A stretch of DNA of 64,000 nucleotides from a virus. A model generated the notes under the pieces. That model did no database searches. It was not told where the DNA came from and saw nothing but the letters and a program-made list of their open reading frames with translations. Shown here in pieces: positions 20,131-30,125 of the stretch (positions are counted from its first letter, which is position 1; the number at the start of each line of letters is the position of its first letter). The position numbers and the translations under genes are program-made. The stretch lies in the IMG/VR virus record IMGVR_UViG_3300029432_000352, one strand, 5' to 3'.

Positions 20131-21504
20131 TTAGCCAAATATCATTTGATATTCCTTATCAGTCATATTAGTTCCGAATTCGTTTTTATAGTCTATAAAT
20201 GATTTACCCGGCTGCCAATCGTACTCATCATCACCACTTTCGTAATGAAATGCGATTTTACCTTTCATATATTCTTGATCATAAAAACCGTCATGATATT
20301 CAGGAGCACCATTAACATAAACATCTATTGAGTAAGTGCTGCTTCTGTCTTGATTATCTACCTCTTTAGGCAAAACGGTAATACGAATTTTTTCATGACC
20401 TGTAGTATCAATCGTATATTCACCCGGTTCTGAGTAACGAACTTTATTCACAACGAATTGCCAACAGTCAGGCAAAAGGTCCGGAATAGTGAATGTTGCT
20501 TGCTTTGTTGCTTCATCAAACGTAAATGATTGTAGTACAACATCTTCAAGTTTTATTACTTTACTTGATAGTTTTGAATTATTTAAACAATGTTCTACAT
20601 CTACTACCCCTTCTTTAATACCATCAACATGGTTACTCATACCGAAAAGATCACTCATACTAACCTGATATTCTTTCGGTACATCATCACGGATTGGAGA
20701 AGTCCAAGTGATTTCTTTGCCCTGATACATATATGTTCTCTTACCTTTTGTTTCTCTCATGCTTTGATCTACCAATCTAACCAATACAGAGGATGCTTCA
20801 GCACGAGTCAGCTTTCTGTCACCGTGAAAACTGCCGTCCTCGTAACCGCTTAATACACCCTTGCCGTATGCTTGAAGAACATAACCCTTATATTCATCAG
20901 GAATATAGTCATAGTCTTTTAAAGCTGCTTTGTAGACATCAGTATTTTCAATTTTTTCTTCACCCAAATAATCCATAGTTCTTGCAATGAGTTTTGCCAT
21001 ATCAAAACGGCTCATCTCATCCCTCGGACCTCCAAAGTTGTAATCTTCAGTATCCATAATTGAATTATCATATTTGATTAACCCTTTATCAAGAGCGAAA
21101 TTCAAATATGGTTGTGCCCAATCGTCCCAAGCGTGATGCCAACGGTAATCAGCATCATATGGTTCTTTACCACTTAGAACTGCCGGTGTAAATTTATAAA
21201 TTTCATATCCATCTTCAACAGGTTCAATCTTATCTTCCAATGGATTTAAGATAAGTCCAACAACTGTTTTAGTGAATTCCTGATAAGTAATCACATTATC
21301 AGGGCGAAATGTTCCATCTTCGTAGCCACTGAAAGCTCCAAGTCCGGTGATTTTGTTAATATAGCTGTTAGCCCAATGGCTATCACTTACATCTGAATAT
21401 GCAGATGCGAATACAGGGATAGCTGATGAAGCAATAGTAGTTGTTGCCAATATGGCAGTTATGATTTGTTTTGTTCTCTTTAACATATTTAAAACCCCTT
21501 TCAA
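20131..21504 (-). CDS. SLH-domain cell-surface protein (457 aa)
   Basis: N-terminal signal peptide; SLH motifs DVSDSHWANSYINKI...GYEDGTFRP and GYEDGSFHGDRKLTRAEAS. Confidence 0.65.
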   Translation of the reverse strand: MKGVLNMLKRTKQIITAILATTTIASSAIPVFASAYSDVSDSHWANSYINKITGLGAFSGYEDGTFRPDNVITYQEFTKTVVGLILNPLEDKIEPVEDGYEIYKFTPAVLSGKEPYDADYRWHHAWDDWAQPYLNFALDKGLIKYDNSIMDTEDYNFGGPRDEMSRFDMAKLIARTMDYLGEEKIENTDVYKAALKDYDYIPDEYKGYVLQAYGKGVLSGYEDGSFHGDRKLTRAEASSVLVRLVDQSMRETKGKRTYMYQGKEITWTSPIRDDVPKEYQVSMSDLFGMSNHVDGIKEGVVDVEHCLNNSKLSSKVIKLEDVVLQSFTFDEATKQATFTIPDLLPDCWQFVVNKVRYSEPGEYTIDTTGHEKIRITVLPKEVDNQDRSSTYSIDVYVNGAPEYHDGFYDQEYMKGKIAFHYESGDDEYDWQPGKSFIDYKNEFGTNMTDKEYQMIFG

Positions 21505-21536
21505 AGTTAAATTATATTTCTTTTCTTTATACCTAT

Positions 21537-21565
21537 ATTATACCACATTTCACTCTCAAAGTCAA
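21537..21565 (-). promoter_or_regulatory. sigma-A promoter TTGACT-17-TGgTATAAT (minus strand)
   Basis: plus-strand attatacca 21537-21545, agtcaa 21560-21565. Confidence 0.45.
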
Positions 21566-21587
21566 TGCCAAATTGTAATATAACGTA

Positions 21588-22250
21588 TTAAATTTTATTT
21601 TTCGATATTTTTTCTACTATAACAGATAGCTCTGCCCTTGTGACATAATTAGTTCCTCTAAAAGTCCCATCTTCATAACCTGTTATAATTCCTTTTGCAT
21701 AAACTTGTGCAACATACGGTTTGCATAAGCCGCATACATTATTCCAATCTGATATTTTATTTGTATATTCGTCTGTATTATCTATATGTTCACTACCCAT
21801 ATACTCAATAGCTCTGGCAACTATTTTACTCATATCTTCTCTTGATACCAACATATTCTTGTATGCATATGCAGTATCATTGGTATTAAGTATTCCTGAA
21901 TTCAATGCAATATTCAAATATGGTTGTGACCAATTGTCCCAACGGTTTGTCCAATAATCACGATTAGGTATATCATCATTAAGATTATCAGATGGAATAT
22001 CGTTTAACTTATCTTTCATCAATGAGATAATCACTTTGGTTAATTCTTCGTGTGTTAATTGTTTTTCCGGCTTGAAAGAACCATCCTCATAACCTTCAAA
22101 GATGCCGTTTTCGGTTGCATTTTCAATATATGTATAAGCCCAATGGTTCTCAGGAACATCATTGTAGTCTTGTGCAAAAGCCGGTATTGAAAAAGATATT
22201 GCTGCGGCGGTAAGTAATGGTATTAATTTATGTTTGATCATTATATTCAC
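21588..22250 (-). CDS. SLH-domain protein (220 aa)
   Basis: signal peptide plus two SLH-like motifs (YNDVPENHWAYTYIE...GYEDGSFKP; GYEDGTFRGTNYVTRAELS). Confidence 0.65.
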   Translation of the reverse strand: MNIMIKHKLIPLLTAAAISFSIPAFAQDYNDVPENHWAYTYIENATENGIFEGYEDGSFKPEKQLTHEELTKVIISLMKDKLNDIPSDNLNDDIPNRDYWTNRWDNWSQPYLNIALNSGILNTNDTAYAYKNMLVSREDMSKIVARAIEYMGSEHIDNTDEYTNKISDWNNVCGLCKPYVAQVYAKGIITGYEDGTFRGTNYVTRAELSVIVEKISKNKI

Positions 22251-22302
22251 CCCTATTATGATATTTGTTTACATTTACATTATACAGTATTTACGAACAA
22301 AC

Positions 22303-23457
22303 TCAACCATTTTTTCGTATTGATTTTCGATAATAGTCAAATGCTTGATCAAATCGCATAGTTCTTCTACATACTTTATTGCATTCAGCATCAGGAAAAG
22401 TTCTAAACCAACCGTCAAACGGACAATAGTATGTTGTTATCGTATCATTTGATTTTTCTATTGAATACAAATGTTGCTGACAATTATTGAAACTAAAATA
22501 TCCGATTGTATAATTGTTATTTTCTTTGAATTCGCCATTGTTATATTTTTGCTCTCGAATTTTAATTTTTGCTTGTTTTTGAGCATATGTATATTGTGGC
22601 AATCTCTCTATAACTTTTGATATTTCTTCTTGTTCATCTTTTGTTAAGTAAATTCCACTGTGAGTGTACTTATTTATGTTTGAGAAAGATAAGTTAGCCC
22701 AATTTTCGTATAATCCACCGTTGTAGAAATTATTTGGAAATACAAGAGAATCATTATGAATTATCGTATTACAAAATGAATTATCGTATAGTTTCTTTAC
22801 AATAAAATCAGAATTATCAAGATGATTATATAACAATGTTCTTATATAGTTCATATGTATGCTATTCTGATAAAAAGGATTTTCCATTTCGTACACTTCA
22901 TTGCCTGCCTGAACAGATAATGTTTTATCACGAATGTTCCCGGTTATCGTTCCTACCCTATTTTTTACTTCACAAACATGGATTCCAAATTTTGAAACAA
23001 TCAACATATCAATTTCAGCAAAATTATCATTACCGAGTGGAATTATCACACTTGTATACACTTTTGCATTTTCATCTAATTTTTTAAATCTTTTTGATAA
23101 TTTCTTAAATACAAGATATTCACCGTATACACCTTTATCAAGCAATTCTGATAAATCAGCTTTTGTTTGCTGATACCATTCGGATTTTTCATAACAGAAA
23201 GTTAAATGTAATTCTTTAAATAGTTTAAATTTTGAATATATCATTATTGAAAGAATTATTATTATCCAAACTAAAACAGATATTATGTATTCTAAACATA
23301 AGACAACATTAGTTGACAAATTCATATGCTCTATTATAAAACAAATTAGTGAACTTATAGCTCCTGATAAAAAATAAATCAAACAGCCAAACCCACATCC
23401 ATTTCTACAATTTTCGTTATTATTCACTATTTGTTTTGCAATTTTAAATTTGGACAT
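22303..23457 (-). CDS. NERD-domain membrane protein with C-terminal Cys-rich zinc-ribbon (384 aa)
   Basis: 2 N-terminal TM helices; FAEIDMLIVSKFGIHVCEVKN...NPFYQNSIH resembles NERD; C-terminal CPFDGW...ECNKVC. Confidence 0.5.
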   Translation of the reverse strand: MSKFKIAKQIVNNNENCRNGCGFGCLIYFLSGAISSLICFIIEHMNLSTNVVLCLEYIISVLVWIIIILSIMIYSKFKLFKELHLTFCYEKSEWYQQTKADLSELLDKGVYGEYLVFKKLSKRFKKLDENAKVYTSVIIPLGNDNFAEIDMLIVSKFGIHVCEVKNRVGTITGNIRDKTLSVQAGNEVYEMENPFYQNSIHMNYIRTLLYNHLDNSDFIVKKLYDNSFCNTIIHNDSLVFPNNFYNGGLYENWANLSFSNINKYTHSGIYLTKDEQEEISKVIERLPQYTYAQKQAKIKIREQKYNNGEFKENNNYTIGYFSFNNCQQHLYSIEKSNDTITTYYCPFDGWFRTFPDAECNKVCRRTMRFDQAFDYYRKSIRKNG

Positions 23458-23521
23458 TTTTATACCTCTTTCTCATTTTTTTCTATATTATACCACAAAA
23501 TCTCTAAAACGTCAAAATGTG

Positions 23522-23559
23522 ATAAAAAAAGAGCTGCTTAGTTTTTTCCAAGCAGCTCA
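23522..23559 (-). terminator. rho-independent terminator (9-bp perfect stem gagctgctt/aagcagctc + U-run)
   Basis: seen directly; downstream of 23569..23937. Confidence 0.6.
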
Positions 23560-23568
23560 AAAATTTTT

Positions 23569-23937
23569 TTACATATAAATATCTACTATGTCTGACAATT
23601 TATCAATAATTGTTTTAATCACCTCTGTATGTGTATCATATACTGATGAAATTAATATAGCATTTTTATTATTCGGCTTTATATGTATATCCGGGAATAA
23701 TTCCATTAATTCATTAATTGCATCCATAGTTGACGTAAAAACCAACAAATCTATACATCCAAAGAATTCTTTACTTTTAAATAACCCGACTCTAATATAC
23801 TTAAAAATATCAGCAGCATTGTTCTCTGCTAAAAATTTTTTTGTATACATCGGCATAGTATTTAGGTTGATTTTTGTTACATAATTATTTGTACTTTCTG
23901 AAATTACTAATTCAATATTATCCAATCTCGTCTCCAC
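23569..23937 (-). CDS. hypothetical protein (122 aa; start uncertain, GTG as listed)
   Basis: ORF; strong RBS AAAGGAGGG lies upstream in front of a 3-codon ORF. Confidence 0.4.
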   Translation of the reverse strand: METRLDNIELVISESTNNYVTKINLNTMPMYTKKFLAENNAADIFKYIRVGLFKSKEFFGCIDLLVFTSTMDAINELMELFPDIHIKPNNKNAILISSVYDTHTEVIKTIIDKLSDIVDIYM

Positions 23938-24363
23938 CCTTCTTTTTTATCAGTTATACTTGAAAATCAAAAATAAATTATTAAATTTGTTTATATGCTC
24001 ATAGTATCCCTCCTTTACTGTATTTGTTAAATAAATAACAAAAAAACAGGAAAATACAGTTGTTCTACTGAATTCTCCTGTTCATTGAACTTCATATGGC
24101 TAAACTGATTGTGTGATTTTTGAAAATTCCCTACTATTATATATAATAAAGAATATTTACCAAATTATTTCGGCAGTTTCTACCATTTATATTGACAATT
24201 CATCTCACCGTTTTGCTAACACGTTAATAGCTAAAATGAGTATACTTGTCAATTTTTTAAAATATTTAATTGTTTCAGATTTCATTAAAATTTATATTAC
24301 TATAATAATATATATTTTTACAGTACAAAAGCCAATAAAGATTCTATGAAAATAATATTACAA

Positions 24364-26091
24364 TTATATTGCAGCTTGTTCTAAATTAGTTGCATTTAAC
24401 CACTTTAATTCATTATCTTTTTTTGTTTTTAATGTTTCTACTACTGCATTTGCTAAATCCTTTTTGTTTTTTAGTGCATTAAGAATATATTCATCAATTG
24501 TATCTTTGGCAAGCAAATGAATATAAGTACATTTATTGGTTTGACCGATACGATGTATTCTTGCCTTTGCTTGAATATAATCTGCATAATTAAAAGTAAG
24601 ACTGTAAAAAATCATCGTTGAAGCGGCGGTAAGTGTTATACCCATACTTGTTGCTTGAATTTGACCAACAAAGACTTTACAATCAGGATTAGTTTGAAAT
24701 TTTATTCTTTCAGCATCTCTGTCTTTTGTTTTACCGGTTATAACTGCTGTTTCAATCTTTTTCTTTTTTAACATTTTACATATAGCATCAATTTCGGCTG
24801 TAAATTTTGCCATAATAACAACTTTTTGATTTTGGGAGATTAGTGTTTCAACCAATTCTTCCAATGTATTAAGTTTGCTGTTTGAAACATTTATATACTT
24901 GGCAGCTTTATCTCCTTTGATAAAACCACCGGTTATTTGCTGTAATCGAAGAAATTTGGTTAAAATGCTTTTAATTGAAACGGTATTGCTTTTTGAAAGT
25001 TTTAATTCACCTTCCAATACCGATTCGTATGCTTTTATTGCATCTTTTTCTAATTGGATTGGAATTGCAACGTCTGTTTCTTCCGGAAGGTCTAAAGCAT
25101 CATCCTTTGTTACTCTGTATGCAACTGAATGTGCTTTATCTATTAACTCTTTCATATTAAGCCAAGCAGATGTTCTGTAATGAGTACCACACCACTCTTG
25201 TACAGAATACTTATCACGAAACTTATCATAATCATATCCGAACACTTCAGGACTAATCACTCTGTATTGTCCAAATAAATCAAGAGGATTATTTTGAACT
25301 GGCGTGCCGGTCAAAATCATTCTGTAATCTGCAACAGCAGCTATATGTGATGCTGCTATACTTGCTTTTCCGTCAGGTGATTTAATTTTTGTGCTTTCAT
25401 CACAGATTAAAAAGTTCGGATTCCATTCAAGCAATTCATCTTCAAGTCTATACATACTTTCATAATTAACGATAGCTACCTTTAAACAATCTTTATAATT
25501 TGAAAGTTCATCTAATTTCTTTAATTTTTCAGCTTTGTTTTTTCCATCTATAACAACGCTCTTAACAGCAAAATCAGCGAATTTATTTAGTTCCTCTGTC
25601 CATACCCCTAAAATTGACTTAGGAGCTAAAATAAGAGCTTTTTCTACTAAGCCGTTTAGATAAGCTCTGCCTAATACAGCAATAGAAGTGAGAGTTTTTC
25701 CACATCCCATTTCAAATTCAAGTCCGTATCCCGGTGATTTTTTTTCTGAATCAGGGAAAATCCCCATCATATCACAAGCTAAAGCATAACCATCGGTTTG
25801 ATATGAATATGGTTTAGCTTTTAACGGAAGCGGTTGTTTAGGTTCAGGAACAAAAATCGCAGTTTTTTCTATATATTTATCGAAAAAGTTGGGAAATGTA
25901 CAGCCTAATATAGAAAGTTCGTTGAGAACATACTTATTATATGGTAATCTCCAAATTTTTTCTTTTCCATCCCATATGGCATTTCCTATTTCTTTTATAC
26001 AAAATCTAAACATATAGCTGTCATATACCTTAAATTGTCTTTGTACTTTATCAACAGTTGCGTACATAAACATCATCCTTTCACAATGCAA
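24364..26091 (-). CDS. SNF2-family DEAD/H helicase (575 aa)
   Basis: motif I EMGCGKTLT, motif II ICDESTKIK, C-terminal helicase domain. Confidence 0.75.
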   Translation of the reverse strand: MHCERMMFMYATVDKVQRQFKVYDSYMFRFCIKEIGNAIWDGKEKIWRLPYNKYVLNELSILGCTFPNFFDKYIEKTAIFVPEPKQPLPLKAKPYSYQTDGYALACDMMGIFPDSEKKSPGYGLEFEMGCGKTLTSIAVLGRAYLNGLVEKALILAPKSILGVWTEELNKFADFAVKSVVIDGKNKAEKLKKLDELSNYKDCLKVAIVNYESMYRLEDELLEWNPNFLICDESTKIKSPDGKASIAASHIAAVADYRMILTGTPVQNNPLDLFGQYRVISPEVFGYDYDKFRDKYSVQEWCGTHYRTSAWLNMKELIDKAHSVAYRVTKDDALDLPEETDVAIPIQLEKDAIKAYESVLEGELKLSKSNTVSIKSILTKFLRLQQITGGFIKGDKAAKYINVSNSKLNTLEELVETLISQNQKVVIMAKFTAEIDAICKMLKKKKIETAVITGKTKDRDAERIKFQTNPDCKVFVGQIQATSMGITLTAASTMIFYSLTFNYADYIQAKARIHRIGQTNKCTYIHLLAKDTIDEYILNALKNKKDLANAVVETLKTKKDNELKWLNATNLEQAAI

Positions 26092-26345
26092 ATATCACAA
26101 TATGTATTTAATTCACTCAATATTATCCATACATATATTATACCACAAATCAGCATTTTTTTCAAGATTAAATTGTATATTTACCGTTTAAAATTTGATT
26201 TTTTTGAATAGCAAATCTCTGTAATGTCAAAAAAGGATAATGAAAAAAAACGCATATAGTCAATACGGTTTATACTATACAAAAGCAGTGTTTTTGTTGT
26301 TTTGGATTTTCCATAATATAGGTAAAATAGTGGTGAGTTTTTTCA

Positions 26346-26407
26346 TTGTCAAAATAATTCAACGGCAGATGATAGATTGTCAAAATGAATTTAGATATTG
26401 TCAAAAT
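26346..26407. repeat. three direct repeats of ATTGTCAAAAT at 30- and 21-bp phasing (iteron-like)
   Basis: 26346-26356, 26376-26386, 26397-26407. Confidence 0.45.
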
Positions 26408-26562
26408 TGATGTCGTACAATCCCAAAATTGGGCTTAATAATAAAGATTTTATAACTAAGCTTTGCTTCTAAAAAAGTTCCTCGCCTGCCAAGGAAGAAT
26501 TGTGGCGGTAGCCATAAAAAAATTCTAAGTTTTAAAAATATATTAAATAAACGTGTATTATA

Positions 26563-26665
26563 TATACGTGTACGTGTGTACGTGTGCGTGTGTACGTGTG
26601 TACGTGTACGTGTGTGTGCATGTGTACGTGTGTACGTGTGCGTGTGTATGTGTACGTGTATGAGC
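26563..26665. repeat. ~100-bp alternating purine-pyrimidine microsatellite (TACGTGTG-type units, GT/AC rich)
   Basis: seen directly; ORFs called across it (HTHTYTRT...) are artifacts. Confidence 0.8.
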
Positions 26666-26696
26666 AATCTGTCTTTGCCTTTTCACCGGTTACTTT

Positions 26697-27035
26697 TCAC
26701 AACGACTTATCAAATCTTCTGTTTCGGCAAATATTGTTCCCCCCTTTGTTCCAAATGCTGAATTGTTGTTTTGAATTTCCACTTATTGTTGAATCAAAGC
26801 CCTTGTAACGACTCATGTGATTATTTTTTGCTTGAATAACTCGACAGTCAAACATTTTCATTGCAACAGAAGCCGTTGTGTTGAGGACCACAACTTTATC
26901 CTTGGCAGTCAAACCGGTTGCATTTGTATTATCAGCTAAATATCCGTCATCAGCTATTTGTATTATCCGGTTCGATTTTAAGCAGTTATTTGTTTGATAA
27001 TCGGCTTGTTTACAGGCTTTTTGCAAATTATTCAC
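26697..27035 (-). CDS. hypothetical protein (112 aa; GTG/TTG start)
   Basis: ORF; weak start signals. Confidence 0.4.
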   Translation of the reverse strand: MNNLQKACKQADYQTNNCLKSNRIIQIADDGYLADNTNATGLTAKDKVVVLNTTASVAMKMFDCRVIQAKNNHMSRYKGFDSTISGNSKQQFSIWNKGGNNICRNRRFDKSL

Positions 27036-27065
27036 CTCACTGAAAGATTGTTAAATTTTTATTTA

Positions 27066-27118
27066 CCGCCATTTGCTTATGAAAAAGTAAAATTTTTGGT
27101 CTAAATAGGGACTATATT
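27066..27118 (+). promoter_or_regulatory. conserved two-block upstream element copy 3 (plus orientation, upstream of plus-strand HTH operon)
   Basis: see 11803..11855. Confidence 0.4.
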
Positions 27119-27238
27119 AGTGAGAGGGCAAGTGAAAAAAGCATTAAGAACAGCATTTGCAAAAAATACTATTGTCAAAATATACAAAATCTCAATGAAA
27201 AATTAGATAAAAGTTAAATTTAATACACCGAATTACAA

Positions 27239-27273
27239 TTTGACATTGATAAAAATGTGAAATTATGTTATAA
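27239..27273 (+). promoter_or_regulatory. extended -10 promoter TGtTATAAT (27265-27273) with distant TTGACA
   Basis: -35 to -10 spacing is 23 nt so -35 assignment is doubtful. Confidence 0.3.
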
Positions 27274-27339
27274 TGCAAGTACAGTTAAACTTTCAAACAA
27301 CAAAAAACAAGATTAAGGGATTATAAGGAGTGAGTAAAA

Positions 27340-27639
27340 ATGATTAAAGAGGCATTAGATGTATGGATGTGGATGTTTAATATCGGATTATCCGGTAATG
27401 AAGTGCTTATATATGCGTATATATACGATTGTTCGTCAAGGGGCAGAGTATTTAAACATAGCTATCAAGAAATCGCTGACAGTATCGGTTCAAGTGAACA
27501 AACTGTACGAAGAGCCATTGACAAAATGCTTAAACTCGGTGCTATTAAAACCTGTATTAATCCTAAAGACGGACAACGAGTTTTTGTTCATTCCGCTGAT
27601 TATATCAAAGACGTTAAGAAAACAGATTATACACTGTAA
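27340..27639 (+). CDS. HTH protein, phage replisome-organizer/RepA-N-like domain (99 aa)
   Basis: IYAYIYDCS...SYQEIADSIGSSEQTVRRAIDKMLKLGAIK motif. Confidence 0.5.
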   Translation: MIKEALDVWMWMFNIGLSGNEVLIYAYIYDCSSRGRVFKHSYQEIADSIGSSEQTVRRAIDKMLKLGAIKTCINPKDGQRVFVHSADYIKDVKKTDYTL

Positions 27640-27671
27640 AACGTAAAATACAAGATAAGGAGCAGACGAAA

Positions 27672-28718
27672 ATGTTTAATTTTAGAATATACAACTGGAT
27701 GTCAAAATCATTGAATTTAAAGAAATTCACATTGCTTATATACGCATATGTGTATAGTTTTACTAACCACGAAGGCGGTTTTTTTGAATGTACGATTGAA
27801 ACTATATCGAAAAATTTAGGTATATCAAGAAATTCTGTAGGTACTGCCTTGAAATATTTATCAGACAATAATTTTTTAATTAAGACTACATACACATATA
27901 AAAATTTAAAACGTGTTAAATATATGCATAATCGTGATATTGCATCAAAAGCAATTGCTGAATGTGAAGAAAATACAAAACATAATGCTATGGCTTATAT
28001 TACAATTTATGATTGGATGGTGACAGAATATCATCTATCCGGTCATGAGCTGATTACGTATGCTTTGATTTATTCGTTTAGTAATTCACAAAAGCAATAT
28101 TATCAAGGCACATTGGATTATATTTGCAATCGCTTTAACTTGGATATTCGCACAGCTTATCGTGTAATAAATAACCTTGAATCTAAGAATATGATTACGC
28201 TTTATGGCAAAGGAAGAAAAGAAAAAGTGTATAGAACGAATTTTGACTATATCCCTGATAACGATATTATAAGCGAATATGATGATCTTGAAGAAACTTT
28301 TGAAACCAATAACAGTGAGAAAAAAAATGATTGTCAGAAATCGGATTTTGATGATATTGATGCAATTTTGCAACGTGAAATAGAGCAAGAAACAAAGCAA
28401 AATGAGACTGAAAAAAATAGTTCGCTTGATACAGAGAAAGCAGTTGAATCAGAGCCGGATTATGAAAAAGACTTGCAGTTGTTAGAAAACTCAATTGCGT
28501 ATTTTTGTGATACACACGGTGTAAACTTGGATGAACTGGCTTATATGCTTGAGGAGGATTATATTAATCGTTCTCGCTTGCATAAAGTTATTGAGCTTGT
28601 CAAAGACCGACAGCAAAAAGAATTAATCAGCGAGAAAAAGAAAGCCGATAAGAAAAAAATTGTAGCTAATCGCAATATGAGAAGAATGCTCGCTAAAAAC
28701 AGACGAAAGGCTTGTTAA
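27672..28718 (+). CDS. protein with two replisome-organizer-like HTH repeats and acidic/basic C-terminal tail (348 aa)
   Basis: LLIYAYVYSF...TIETISKNLGISRNSVGTALKYL and ELITYALIYSF...LDYICNRFNLDIRTAYRVINNL. Confidence 0.5.
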   Translation: MFNFRIYNWMSKSLNLKKFTLLIYAYVYSFTNHEGGFFECTIETISKNLGISRNSVGTALKYLSDNNFLIKTTYTYKNLKRVKYMHNRDIASKAIAECEENTKHNAMAYITIYDWMVTEYHLSGHELITYALIYSFSNSQKQYYQGTLDYICNRFNLDIRTAYRVINNLESKNMITLYGKGRKEKVYRTNFDYIPDNDIISEYDDLEETFETNNSEKKNDCQKSDFDDIDAILQREIEQETKQNETEKNSSLDTEKAVESEPDYEKDLQLLENSIAYFCDTHGVNLDELAYMLEEDYINRSRLHKVIELVKDRQQKELISEKKKADKKKIVANRNMRRMLAKNRRKAC

Positions 28719-28779
28719 AATATAGTAAACTACCATACACTATAAAGGTATGTGGTTTTATGATAAATTAATTTATTAA

Positions 28780-30125
28780 GAAAGTGAGAATACTCGTCAC
28801 TTTAGTGATGAGATGAATCACCATTTAGAGAATATACATACGAGGTGATAAGTATGGAGGTAGTTACAGTAAAAAATTGGAGATATTAAAAATTGAAAAA
28901 GTAAAGGGGTGAATACAGTGGAAAAGGCTTATAAATATCGTATTTATCCAAATAAAAGTCAAAAAATTCAAATTGCTAAAACATTTGGATGCTGTCGTTT
29001 TGTGTATAACTATTATTTAGCTAAACGTATTGAGTTGTATGAAAAGAATAAAGAAACATTCTCATATGTTCAATGTGCAAATGATATGAAAAAACTCAAA
29101 TCTCAATTGCAATGGTTAAAAGAAGTTGATTCCACTGCACTTCAATCAGCACTTAGAGATTTAGATATGGCATACAAAAAATTTTTTAAAGAACATACCG
29201 GTTATCCTAAATTTAGGTCAAAGAAAACATATAGATTTTCTTATAAGTCAAAACAAGTAAATGGAAATGTTCAATATTGTGGTAAATACATTAAATTGCC
29301 TAAACTCGGAATGATTAAAACAAAAAATAAGTTAGTTCCACAAGGAAGAATACTTAACGCAACTGTTTCACAAGAGCCGAGTGGTAAATATTATATATCA
29401 CTTTGTTGTACAGATGTTGATATTAAACCATTAAAGCGAACAGGAAATTCTGTAGGATTGGATTTAGGTATTAAAGAATTTTGTATTACATCTGATGGTA
29501 AAATGATAGAAAATCCTAAATATCTTAAAAAGTCATTAGCTAAACTTGTTAAACTACAGCGAAAGCTATCTCGAAAACCAAAAGGTAGTTCAAACCGTAA
29601 TAAAGCAAGAATAAAAATTGCACGTCAACATGAGAAAATTGCTAATCAGAGAAAAGATTTTCTGCAAAAGTTATCTACTGAACTAATTAAGGAAAATGAT
29701 ATTATCTGTATTGAAGACCTTCAAATAAAGAATATGATAAAAAATCATAAACTTGCCAAAAGTATTGCAGATGTATCGTGGTCTGAATTTGTAAGGCAAC
29801 TTGAATATAAAGCAAATTGGTATGACAAACAGATTGTTAAAGTAGATAAGTTTTTTGCAAGTTCTCAGATTTGCAATGTGTGTGGATATATAAACAAGGA
29901 AACTAAAAATCTTGGTGTAAGGAAATGGGATTGCCCTTGTTGTAACATACACCACAACAGGGATATAAATGCTGCAATTAATATCTTAAATGAAGGATTA
30001 AGAATATTAGATGTAGCTTAAATTGAAATATAAGAACCGTCGGGACAATGGGGTTAGCTTAGTAAATATCTTTTCAATAGAAAAGAGTTCCTAAGAATCT
30101 CGTGACTTTAGTCATGAGAGGTTCA
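28780..30125 (+). mobile_element. IS200/IS605-family element (IS1341-like, tnpB only) with subterminal hairpins
   Basis: LE hairpin ctcgtcactttagtgatgag 28794-28813, RE hairpin ctcgtgactttagtcatgag 30099-30118 flank tnpB. Confidence 0.65.
28909..30021 (+). CDS. tnpB: TnpB (OrfB) RuvC-like RNA-guided endonuclease (370 aa)
   Basis: N-terminal [14 protein letters not shown]-terminal zinc finger CNVCGY...CPCCN...[10 protein letters not shown]. Confidence 0.85.
   Translation: MNTVEKAYKYRIYPNKSQKIQIAKTFGCCRFVYNYYLAKRIELYEKNKETFSYVQCANDMKKLKSQLQWLKEVDSTALQSALRDLDMAYKKFFKEHTGYPKFRSKKTYRFSYKSKQVNGNVQYCGKYIKLPKLGMIKTKNKLVPQGRILNATVSQEPSGKYYISLCCTDVDIKPLKRTGNSVGLDLGIKEFCITSDGKMIENPKYLKKSLAKLVKLQRKLSRKPKGSSNRNKARIKIARQHEKIANQRKDFLQKLSTELIKENDIICIEDLQIKNMIKNHKLAKSIADVSWSEFVRQLEYKANWYDKQIVKVDKFFASSQICNVCGYINKETKNLGVRKWDCPCCNIHHNRDINAAINILNEGLRILDVA

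Noticed and set aside
26401-26808. ORF-track CDSs 26401..26667(-), 26576..26761(+), 26584..26808(+) encoding HTHTYTRT / CVCVCV low-complexity peptides
   Set aside because: They are translations of the alternating GT/AC microsatellite in three frames; no RBS, no protein-like composition.
27359-27646. 95-aa plus-strand ORF overlapping 27340..27639 in another frame
   Set aside because: Overlapping alternative frame without its own RBS; the HTH-encoding frame is clearly the real gene.
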